Source: Meyerozyma guilliermondii | Lineage: Eukaryota | NCBI GenBank assembly: GCA_051546255.1 | Contig: CP128820.1 | Location: 682,001-746,000, forward strand | Reading direction: 5' to 3' | Length of the DNA stretch: 64,000 bases | Shown: piece after piece, positions 24,708 through 35,996 of the stretch | Position numbering within the stretch: position 1 is the first letter of the stretch | Layout: every line of letters begins with the position of its first letter | The notes under the pieces: model-generated | Told to the model about the DNA's origin: nothing | The model's input: only the letters and a program-made list of their open reading frames with translations | Database searches by the model: none | Program-made: the position numbers and the translations under genes

Positions 24708-25946
24708 TTAATCAAACGCTCGCTTGATCACTCCAGATCCCAAGACCTGGCTATCTTTGTACAAGACCAAGTTTTGGCCGGGTGCCATGGCTCTGGCTTT
24801 CTCTTCTAGCTCTATTTCAAGGCTGTCAGCTTTTGGCACAATCGCCTTGACTTTTAGGGGAAATTGAAGCGACCGATACTGAATGTGGTAAGGCATATCG
24901 GCAGCTTTTGCAACATTTTTTTCGTCGATCCAAGTCCAGTTTTCCGCCAAGACTTTGCTATTGAAAAGAGAAGGGTGGTTTCCGCCTTTAACAATCACCA
25001 ACTCATTCGTAGCCTGTCTTTTTTCGCTCACAAACCAAACCCCTTTGTAATCGGGATTTCCCTGCGGCATCGATATTCCCAGTTTTTGGCCAATGGTAGC
25101 ATGCCAAAGTCCCTGGTGCTGGCCCCAGATCTTGCCATCCTCGGTCACGATATTCCCTGGATTGGGCTCTATATATTCATCGAGAAACTTGCGGAAACTG
25201 TTCTCTTCTTGCGACACAAAACAGAGACCTTGGGAGTCTGGTTTGGAAGCAACAAGAAGATTCAAGTCTTTGGCGATCTGGCGAACTTCTGGCTTGGTCA
25301 TATGGCCTATAGGCATGAGAACATTCGACAAAATCGAATATGGAACCATCGAGAGGTAATAAGACTGGTCCTTGTTGGGATATAGTCCACGCAATAGACT
25401 GAATCTTTGAGTATTTTCGTTTTTCATAATCCTGGCATAGTGACCCGTGACGAGCCACCATTTTCTGTCTTTCCCCAACATGGCTCCAAGATGCTCGACC
25501 ATCTTGCCAAACTTGACATATTTGTTGCAGCCAACATCCGGATTGGGTGTCAAGCCTTCTTGATAAGCGGAGATCATTGGCTGGAAAACGTCGCTCCAAT
25601 ATTCTCTCTCGAAGTTGACACGCTCACAAGGGATTTGAATCTGCTCACAAATTCGTTGAACATCTTTCCAATCGGCTTCGGTGCATTTTGCAGTCTGGGA
25701 CCAATTCGCCATATAAATTCCTCTAACATTTTTGTATTTTTTTGCATAGATTGCGGCCGCAACAGACGAATCTACCCCTGAACTCATCGCCACCACGATT
25801 TCATCGTCTGAATCGGGTTCTTGTTGTTTGAAATGGGATGGAAGAATATTGTAGTCTTCATAAGTAAGCAAACTTTTCCATCTTTTGAGCCCCAAAGGCA
25901 CCAAATATTGCTTGTAAGGAGATAGGAATGATGGTTGTCGTATCAT
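24708..25946 (-). CDS. SLM3: Mitochondrial tRNA 2-thiouridylase (MnmA/Mtu1)
   Basis: VAMSSGVDSSV PP-loop, TPNPDVGCN, TGHYAR, KDQSYYL, DSQGLCFV. Confidence 0.95.
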   Translation of the reverse strand: MIRQPSFLSPYKQYLVPLGLKRWKSLLTYEDYNILPSHFKQQEPDSDDEIVVAMSSGVDSSVAAAIYAKKYKNVRGIYMANWSQTAKCTEADWKDVQRICEQIQIPCERVNFEREYWSDVFQPMISAYQEGLTPNPDVGCNKYVKFGKMVEHLGAMLGKDRKWWLVTGHYARIMKNENTQRFSLLRGLYPNKDQSYYLSMVPYSILSNVLMPIGHMTKPEVRQIAKDLNLLVASKPDSQGLCFVSQEENSFRKFLDEYIEPNPGNIVTEDGKIWGQHQGLWHATIGQKLGISMPQGNPDYKGVWFVSEKRQATNELVIVKGGNHPSLFNSKVLAENWTWIDEKNVAKAADMPYHIQYRSLQFPLKVKAIVPKADSLEIELEEKARAMAPGQNLVLYKDSQVLGSGVIKRAFD

Positions 25947-26078
25947 ATAGTTATAAATTTGCAGGTATTTGTGTAGTGACCATTGTAGGTGGAAAAGAAA
26001 GTGATGAGATTTTGAAGATGTAATCGCATTTTCTCACCGCGCTCAAAGTTACTCCCATGCAACTCACAATACGTAAAT

Positions 26079-26152
26079 GGTCCCTTGGCCCAGTTGGTTA
26101 AGGCGTGGTGCTAATAACGCCAAGATCGGCGGTTCGATCCCGCCAGGGACCA
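26079..26152 (+). tRNA. tRNA-Ile(AAT)
   Basis: Acceptor GGTCCCT/AGGGACC-A, anticodon loop CT-AAT-AA, GTTCGATCC. Confidence 0.95.
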
Positions 26153-26237
26153 TTCTTTCTTTTTTCGCATTCTTTTTGGCGGTTGTGGTGCTGGCCTGTG
26201 ACGCTCATACCGTCGCGGGGAGTTTTTCCTCAAATAA

Positions 26238-26310
26238 GGGCGTGTGGCGTAGTTGGTAGCGCGTTCGCTTAGCATGCGAAAGGTCTCCGGTTCGACTCCG
26301 GACTCGTCCA
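26238..26310 (+). tRNA. tRNA-Ala(AGC)
   Basis: GGGCGTG...CTCGTCC-A with G3:U70, anticodon arm TTCGC-TT-AGC-AT-GCGAA, GTTCGACTC, then oligo-T. Confidence 0.95.
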
Positions 26311-26321
26311 TTTATTTTTTT

Positions 26322-26918
26322 TCAGTATTTAGGCTGATTTTTTCGTTCAATCGTCATTGCGGTGCTGATCTGCTTCATTTGGCGCTCCACGTCGGTCCAG
26401 AACTCGTTTTGTTCAATCGCTAGCGCGGTATACCGTTCCAACACACACATATTTTTCACGACGAGCCAATGGAAGTCGCTTGTGAGCTGCTTGATTTGCT
26501 TTTCTCGCCTCAATAGCTTGTTGCGGTCACTGCCAAGGTTGCGTGTCTTGTCCAGCAACGACGAAATATTGTTAATTAGCCGTGAAATGTCCATATTACT
26601 GAGCTCAATGAGATTATTATAGGCGGTTTTTACTTGGGGATATTTTAGTAGAAGAACCTTTTTCTTCTCTTCAGCAGTCAATTGGCCACTTTGGGTGTCT
26701 ACAGGTGCCCTGGGTTCGTTCAGAAGGTTCAATTGTTCTGTCAAAGTTGTCAATTTCTTGATTTCTGGTCGCGTTTCATACAATTTATGAAGGTCTCTTT
26801 GTAAATATTTGACCTGATTTTTGAGATCAGCACTATCTTCGTCATCACTAGAGGCCCCAACTCGGAGCTCGAGGTCGTCTAGTCGACGCAAAAGCGCATT
26901 CGCTGTAGTGGGGTCCAT
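26322..26918 (-). CDS. Coiled-coil protein, probable dynactin p24/p22 (Ldb18-like)
   Basis: ~198 aa and helical. N-terminal LLRRLDDLELRV and C-terminal LERY...QNEFW..VE pattern resemble dynactin p22/p24. Confidence 0.5.
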   Translation of the reverse strand: MDPTTANALLRRLDDLELRVGASSDDEDSADLKNQVKYLQRDLHKLYETRPEIKKLTTLTEQLNLLNEPRAPVDTQSGQLTAEEKKKVLLLKYPQVKTAYNNLIELSNMDISRLINNISSLLDKTRNLGSDRNKLLRREKQIKQLTSDFHWLVVKNMCVLERYTALAIEQNEFWTDVERQMKQISTAMTIERKNQPKY

Positions 26919-26999
26919 CAAAGGTAAGGAGCAGTTGATTTTGTTCTGTCGCATTTTGACAGCTTCCATGCAGTAGCGGTTGCATATTGCAGCCATTAT

Positions 27000-28736
27000 T
27001 TATTCATATATACTCGTGGAAACGATGGCAATTTGCGTCTTGGGCTTATCCGCCTTGTCAGTTTTTGCATTCTCAATGGCTTGAACAACTTCCTTGCCTT
27101 CTACAACTCGTCCGAAAACAGTATGCTTATTATCAAGATGCGGAGCCGAAACAGTGGTGATGAAAAATTGGGATCTGTTCGTGTTTGGGCCAGCATTGGC
27201 CATGCTAACCATGTATGGTTGTGAGTGGCTGAGGTCCGGGTGGAATTCATCGTTAAAATCGCCTCTAAATGAAGAATCTCCTCCGGTTCCGTCACCTTTA
27301 GGATCGCCGGTTTGGATCATAAATCCTTTAATTACTCGGTGGAAAATGATCTGGTTGTAGTATCTGGTCTTACACAACAGAAGAAAGTTTTCTACCGTCC
27401 TGGGAGCCTTGTCTTGAAAAAGAACCAACTTTATATCGCCTTTGGTGGTATGGAGAGTAACCAGAGGATTCGGTTTTTTTGGTGATTTTTGTTCGGTCAG
27501 CTTTGAACCTGTTTGTCCAAAGACATAGAGCCTAGATGTGTTTATCGCAGATGCCACAACCACCGGGTTCTTTTCTAGTTTTTGGTTAAGCAAGGTATTA
27601 TTTGAAGTCAACATTTCCGCACTCAATCCACTCATGTCTGATGCCCAACACCATACAAATTTGTCGAACACTATATTTTGTAGCCGTTGGTCCTGCTCTC
27701 CCAAAGTCTTCAAAACGGCACCGTTTTCAATGTCTAGAAATTCAATTCCTCTGGAACCGGTGTATGCTAAAATTGGAGTATTTGTACCAAAGACAATTGT
27801 CGGACTGTACGAGTCAAATTTCAACATGGGAGAAACCCAGTTTTTTTCTTGTATAACCTTGCAAGACTTCATGGAAAAGATTCTGAGCTTACTATCAGGA
27901 AGACTTATAGTTGCAAAGTAATTCTCGCTAGGAGAGACGGCAAGGTGAGAAACCACAGATTTTACTTTTTTCAAAGCAAATAAATCTGTTTGGGATTTAT
28001 ACTGAAACCCAACCAGACTGGGTATATTGCCGTTCTCGTTCCAAACTTCAATAATTCCGTTCTCATCCAGAGATATAAAGCACTGAAATTTGGTATTGAA
28101 GACCAAGTAATTTATGCGACTTTTATGCATCGATTTGACTTCTACTTGAACGTCATCTTCGGGATCAACAGATACAACTCTCGAAACCTCATTGGATAGC
28201 GTGGTCACCATAAGCTTTCGTTTTGTAGTGTCTCCATACCAGCAAATATTTTTGGGCACGAATCCTAAATTCACAGATTGGATCATGTCCATAGTCACGA
28301 GATCATATATCTTTGCAACCATGTCGCCCTCTGCAATCGAAACTGCACGAGTTCCATCAGAAGACAAATTGAGCCCATGAACAGCCTTTCCAGGGTGGGC
28401 AACATACGATTTTATCAAGTCTAGCTGGTTCTTGTTCTTGTGCCAAAATCTCACGGTGCCATTTTTGAATGCTCCAACTACTAAAGAGTTGCCTCTGTAG
28501 TTTTCCAAGACCCTTAAAGGCGAATCTTGATCCTCTGAATGTGTGATTCGATCCAGCAGAGGTATTATGTTCTCGAAGGTGTCGAAACGACGCTTTTTTT
28601 GCAGCCTTTTCAAGTCTGAATTTACAGGGTCGTTCTTTTTTTCGTCGTTCTCGTGAAATTTCTCTCCTTCGTGCTTTTCCAAAGATGGTCCAATGTATTC
28701 ATCGTCGCTATCTGAATCTTCCAAATCTCTCTTCAT
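27000..28736 (-). CDS. WD40 + cyclophilin peptidyl-prolyl isomerase (PPWD1/Cyp15 type)
   Basis: WD region (GTVRFWHK, GIIEVW, FQYKSQTDLF) followed by a cyclophilin domain (FHRVIKGFMIQTGDP, SMANAGPNTN, HTVFGRV). Confidence 0.9.
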   Translation of the reverse strand: MKRDLEDSDSDDEYIGPSLEKHEGEKFHENDEKKNDPVNSDLKRLQKKRRFDTFENIIPLLDRITHSEDQDSPLRVLENYRGNSLVVGAFKNGTVRFWHKNKNQLDLIKSYVAHPGKAVHGLNLSSDGTRAVSIAEGDMVAKIYDLVTMDMIQSVNLGFVPKNICWYGDTTKRKLMVTTLSNEVSRVVSVDPEDDVQVEVKSMHKSRINYLVFNTKFQCFISLDENGIIEVWNENGNIPSLVGFQYKSQTDLFALKKVKSVVSHLAVSPSENYFATISLPDSKLRIFSMKSCKVIQEKNWVSPMLKFDSYSPTIVFGTNTPILAYTGSRGIEFLDIENGAVLKTLGEQDQRLQNIVFDKFVWCWASDMSGLSAEMLTSNNTLLNQKLEKNPVVVASAINTSRLYVFGQTGSKLTEQKSPKKPNPLVTLHTTKGDIKLVLFQDKAPRTVENFLLLCKTRYYNQIIFHRVIKGFMIQTGDPKGDGTGGDSSFRGDFNDEFHPDLSHSQPYMVSMANAGPNTNRSQFFITTVSAPHLDNKHTVFGRVVEGKEVVQAIENAKTDKADKPKTQIAIVSTSIYE

Positions 28737-28881
28737 GCTGCAGCATGCAATGCGTGTATCAATATGCACAGAACTCCAGTGACCAGCAGATGGGTTGGTT
28801 TGATGCACATCACTGCAGGTGCATCAGTGCGAATGCAGGTGAGACGCATTGGGATGAGTTGCAACCTTAAAAAATGCACAT

Positions 28882-29766
28882 TTATTCAGGCCCACTGGAC
28901 CCTCCTACACCATTATGTACCCATTCCCGCATACTCATGGGTCGCGATTGCGATCTACTGGTTCGCCGCTGATCTACAGCTGGCTTTTTTTCGTCTATAA
29001 TTACCGGAGTGGTGGTGATCAGCGCCGGAAAATCGTCGGCGTCGCTCTCCTCGCTCTGCGGCAGCCCCATAACTTGAGCTAGTTCATCTTCAAGCGCCTT
29101 GAAATCGTCATCGACATCGTCATCGACATTGCCATTTTTTTGGTTGATTTCCAGAGAATTTTCGTCTTCGAAATCGATCACAGGAAATCCGTCCTCGGGG
29201 TCGGAATTGAGACTATCAAAGTCAGCCTCATCTATAATAACATCTTGCAGGTCTTCTGACTTTGGAGGATTTTGGACCAGTTTGTGGACCGTTTTTTGCA
29301 CCAGTTTTTGTGGTGGTTTTTTGCTTGCTCGTTTGCTAGCTGTTGTCGGCCTATTTTGAGGTACATGGTTCTCTGGTGGCAGATCCTTCTTCGCAGACAT
29401 CCACAGCTGCAACTTGTTTTCGGTTTTACCAGCATTTCGGGTTTTGCTGACTTTAAGTGTTCGTCCAAGTCGATTTAACTGTACTGGTTTCCCCTCGGAA
29501 TATGATAAAAAATATGTTTGAGCACCCACATTATGTGCCTCAGGATGGGTCTTGAGAACAGTGCCCTCAAAAAGGATGGACTTTTGTATATCTGTCAGAG
29601 GAACTTCCAAAATGCATTCCCTGCCAAGCTCGTATGCCTTGACGGGCTGATTTCGATCCACCGTTGGGGGTACAAACTGGTATCTTAGACCCACAGAGGA
29701 GACGTCTGCCACATCCTGTGTCAAGATGGACAAATCCAAATCGTATTCTCCGTCAGGAATTGACAT
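28882..29766 (-). CDS. EAF-domain (ELL-associated factor-like) protein with acidic tail
   Basis: GEYDLDLS...GLRYQFVPPTVD...LFEG resembles the EAF N-terminal domain, followed by a low-complexity acidic C-terminus. Confidence 0.6.
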   Translation of the reverse strand: MSIPDGEYDLDLSILTQDVADVSSVGLRYQFVPPTVDRNQPVKAYELGRECILEVPLTDIQKSILFEGTVLKTHPEAHNVGAQTYFLSYSEGKPVQLNRLGRTLKVSKTRNAGKTENKLQLWMSAKKDLPPENHVPQNRPTTASKRASKKPPQKLVQKTVHKLVQNPPKSEDLQDVIIDEADFDSLNSDPEDGFPVIDFEDENSLEINQKNGNVDDDVDDDFKALEDELAQVMGLPQSEESDADDFPALITTTPVIIDEKKPAVDQRRTSRSQSRPMSMREWVHNGVGGSSGPE

Positions 29767-29959
29767 TGATTTATAAAGAAAAATGGCCCCAGAATGTTGA
29801 GAGGTCGCCCCGCAGGATGCACCGTTTTGCCTGCACTATAGTCGGAATTTGGACTCGAAAGCCTGCATGCGCCTGCATACACATGCATTTTCAAAGTACA
29901 ATAGCACACATTTTATGCAGTAGAATCGTTACGGTTTCGATCACAACACCTCTTCGAAT

Positions 29960-30646
29960 ATGGGTGATTCGGTATCGGTGTTGCATCCGAAAGTACTCTT
30001 GGTTTCTGCCGGCTTCACCACCTCCCTTTTTGTTGGCTTTAATTTGTACAGAAGGTACTGCAGACGCATCAGAACCTACCTCGACTTGACTCCATCGATC
30101 TTGGACAATCAACGTCAACTTTATGGAAAGGTTACGAGAGTGGGCGACGGTGACAATTTTCGGTTCTATCACACACCAGGAGGCATTTTTCTAGGTTGGG
30201 GCTGGTTGCGCAAAGTTCCTGAAACTCGAAGCGCACTCAAAGATGAGACTTTAATGATCCGCCTATGCGGAGTCGATGCACCAGAAAGGTCCCATTGGGG
30301 TAAACCTGCGCAGCCATTTTCCGAGGAGGCGCTTCAATGGCTTCGAAACTATGTCATGGGACGCTATGTGACCATCACTCCGTATTCAATTGACCAGTAT
30401 AAACGAGTAGTGGCTCGGGCCCAGGTATGGAAGTGGACTGGGCGCAAAGATGTTAGTGCAGAAATGATCCGAACAGGCATAGGGGTAGTATACGAGAGCA
30501 AGGTGGGTGCGGAGTTTGGCGATAACGAGTCGTGGTACCGAAGTCTTCAAAATCGAGCCAAACTTTTGAGGAGAGGAGTTTGGTCTCTTGGTAAGAAAAT
30601 GACTACGCCGGGACAATTTAAAAAAACTTACTACAGAGGAGAGTAA
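29960..30646 (+). CDS. LCL3: Staphylococcal nuclease-like endonuclease
   Basis: [36 protein letters not shown] and an N-terminal TM segment. Confidence 0.93.
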   Translation: MGDSVSVLHPKVLLVSAGFTTSLFVGFNLYRRYCRRIRTYLDLTPSILDNQRQLYGKVTRVGDGDNFRFYHTPGGIFLGWGWLRKVPETRSALKDETLMIRLCGVDAPERSHWGKPAQPFSEEALQWLRNYVMGRYVTITPYSIDQYKRVVARAQVWKWTGRKDVSAEMIRTGIGVVYESKVGAEFGDNESWYRSLQNRAKLLRRGVWSLGKKMTTPGQFKKTYYRGE

Positions 30647-32227
30647 TTACTCCACCAAAGCTCCAATGCGCTTGGAGAGCTCCTCGGCACCTTCGTGGGT
30701 GCTGGCTTCTGCATAAACTCTCACAGCATCTTCGGTTCCAGAGGCTCGAACGAACGAGCGACCCGAAGCATATTCTGCTACTATCTCGTCAATTTTTTGT
30801 TGCATGCCCTGAGGTTCCACCAAACGACGCTCAGCATCAGTGGTCTTGAATACAGACCGGTCCGGAACCACCACCTTTGTTAAGCGGTTGGGAAGGTCTT
30901 CGTAGCATTTATCCCAGTCTTGAGGTGTGAGTGAGAGCGAACTTAAAATAGCCAAAATGCATAATAAGTCGGAGATGGCATCTCCTACGGCTTGGTTGAC
31001 GAGCTTTGTAAACTGCTGCAACGAATCGATGGCACGGGCTTCTTTTTCGTTGGCTGGAGAATATGCAAATATTTGTTCTTCGGCCCTCGAGTCAAAGACT
31101 ACAGTTCCATGTCCATTGGCTTCAAAGTAGATTCCCACGTCATAGTTCTGGGCTTCGTGATGAAGGTGCTTGACTCCAGTAGATGTGCAGCTCAAGGGGA
31201 GCTTAAGAACTTGCTCGACATACTTTGTAGATGAGCCGTTCGCATAGGCGGTTTGCACAACTCCCACATTTAACTTGAGTTTGGCGCTGTCAATGTCTTT
31301 GAAAAGCGTCTGGAAGTACAACGCAATCAAGGTGGCCATCTTGTCTCCGTCTAAAAGGCGAAATGTCCCGGTTTCGGTTTGATAATAGCAGATCAACCGG
31401 TCGGCATCTCCATCAAAAGATGCATAAAGTTTATTTGGCTGAGGATTTTCCACATTTTTGGGAAGTCCTTGGGTGGTCTTGACAAAGTCAGCACCGCAGT
31501 CGTAGTTCAATTGGTCTGGAGAATTATAGTCGCCATTTACCAACTGGAACTGAACATTTTTCAAGTATTTTTCAAAGAGTTCCGTCACTTTGGGTGCTCC
31601 CACTCCATTAGCAGCATCTATAGTTATGCTCAAGTCATTCTTGACAATTTCCTGAAAGGCAGAAGCCATTTTCTTGTAGTATCCTTCTTCTGAAGCTTCT
31701 CCGTAGCTTGGGTCGTTTTTGGTCCGAGTCAAGTAGTGCAATTGTGGAGTGGTGAGTAAACCAAAATCTTCGTACTCGGTATTGTCAATTCCTTGAAAAC
31801 CGTCAATTGTAGCAGCAGATAAACGAGGACTCGACTCTCTCGAATCACGGGCAATTAAAATTTTGGAAGGAGTTTTCAAATCAATCGAAAGTTTGTCGCA
31901 TAATTCTTGTACAACCTTTTGCAATTGTCCAGGTTCAGTATTGGCCAATTCGGTTGCATAGACTTCCCAAGAAGATTCGAGCATGCTTCCCAAAGGATCA
32001 ACAACCTTCACACCATTATCAGCAGGTGGGTTATGAGAGGCAGTAACCATTACTCCCACGGTCTTTCCTCCAAGAAACTTGGATCTCAACGATGCCAAAA
32101 TTCCAACGGTGAAGTTGACATAGTCCAACTTGTCAGCCTTCATGCGGAAACCCGCAGTTCCATAGGTGAATTTTCCTGCTGGTCTTGGGTGCTTCGAAAT
32201 GTAGGATGCAAGGTTTTCAAGAGGCAT
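30647..32227 (-). CDS. PCM1: Phosphoacetylglucosamine mutase
   Basis: YGTAGFR, TASHNP phosphoserine loop, DGDADR, YFEANGHG, RASGTEDAVRVYAE. Confidence 0.96.
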   Translation of the reverse strand: MPLENLASYISKHPRPAGKFTYGTAGFRMKADKLDYVNFTVGILASLRSKFLGGKTVGVMVTASHNPPADNGVKVVDPLGSMLESSWEVYATELANTEPGQLQKVVQELCDKLSIDLKTPSKILIARDSRESSPRLSAATIDGFQGIDNTEYEDFGLLTTPQLHYLTRTKNDPSYGEASEEGYYKKMASAFQEIVKNDLSITIDAANGVGAPKVTELFEKYLKNVQFQLVNGDYNSPDQLNYDCGADFVKTTQGLPKNVENPQPNKLYASFDGDADRLICYYQTETGTFRLLDGDKMATLIALYFQTLFKDIDSAKLKLNVGVVQTAYANGSSTKYVEQVLKLPLSCTSTGVKHLHHEAQNYDVGIYFEANGHGTVVFDSRAEEQIFAYSPANEKEARAIDSLQQFTKLVNQAVGDAISDLLCILAILSSLSLTPQDWDKCYEDLPNRLTKVVVPDRSVFKTTDAERRLVEPQGMQQKIDEIVAEYASGRSFVRASGTEDAVRVYAEASTHEGAEELSKRIGALVE

Positions 32228-32335
32228 TGTGTCAAACGTGCAGATCAAACGTGTACATTTTTGTGCGCACGCATAGAAAATATCAACACCGCATTACAGT
32301 ACGCATCGCATAAATTCGGTGCATAACCCCACATT

Positions 32336-32782
32336 ATGAGCAAGTTTGACAATTCACGTTTCCATCGTGAAGGACGGGAAAAGCCTCAGCCGAAAACTAA
32401 ACCTCGTCCCAAGGATTCAGAGTTCATCCTGGAGTTGGTTCAGACCGGAAAGGCAAATTGGAAAAAGGCTCCTACGGCAGTGAGGAATAGATACTACGGT
32501 ATATATATGATCCTCTTTTCCATTCCTATCCTACTTCTTCCCTCGTATGAGATATGGCGTCGGTTGGAAGGCAAGTCGACGAAACAGGTGCAAAAAGGTG
32601 AGATTCTCGAGGGACAACAGGTGCGGCCATTTGATGAAAGAGAAAAATGGGAGAAAGAGAAAAACAGTTTCATGTATAAGATCTTTGGTCGAGATTTCTT
32701 TCTTGATGGTTTCACCAGTAAGACCATGAAAAAGGACGACCAGAACGGAAACGACAAGAAATACGAGAAAAACGACAAATAG
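32336..32782 (+). CDS. Uncharacterised 148-aa single-TM protein
   Basis: ATG-started ORF filling the gap between PCM1 and KAR9, with one hydrophobic segment (YYGIYMILFSIPILLLPSYEIWRRL). Confidence 0.75.
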   Translation: MSKFDNSRFHREGREKPQPKTKPRPKDSEFILELVQTGKANWKKAPTAVRNRYYGIYMILFSIPILLLPSYEIWRRLEGKSTKQVQKGEILEGQQVRPFDEREKWEKEKNSFMYKIFGRDFFLDGFTSKTMKKDDQNGNDKKYEKNDK

Positions 32783-32800
32783 TGTACATATAATACATAG

Positions 32801-35888
<3,088 letters not shown>

Positions 35889-35893
35889 CCACT

Positions 35894-35955
35894 AATCTAC
35901 ATGATCTACACGATCCACATGATCCATGAATCTACATAAATCTACATGAATCTAC
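35894..35955. repeat. ~9-10-bp tandem repeat ATCTACATG between the DIM1 and KEL3 3' ends
   Basis: About seven degenerate copies are visible directly. Confidence 0.7.
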
Positions 35956-35996
35956 GTTCTTATGAACTTAATCACAATGTCTTTCACCATTATTTT

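Noticed and set aside
26077..26311. Short ORFs over the tRNA-Ile/Ala genes
   Set aside because: They are spurious translations of tRNA sequence.
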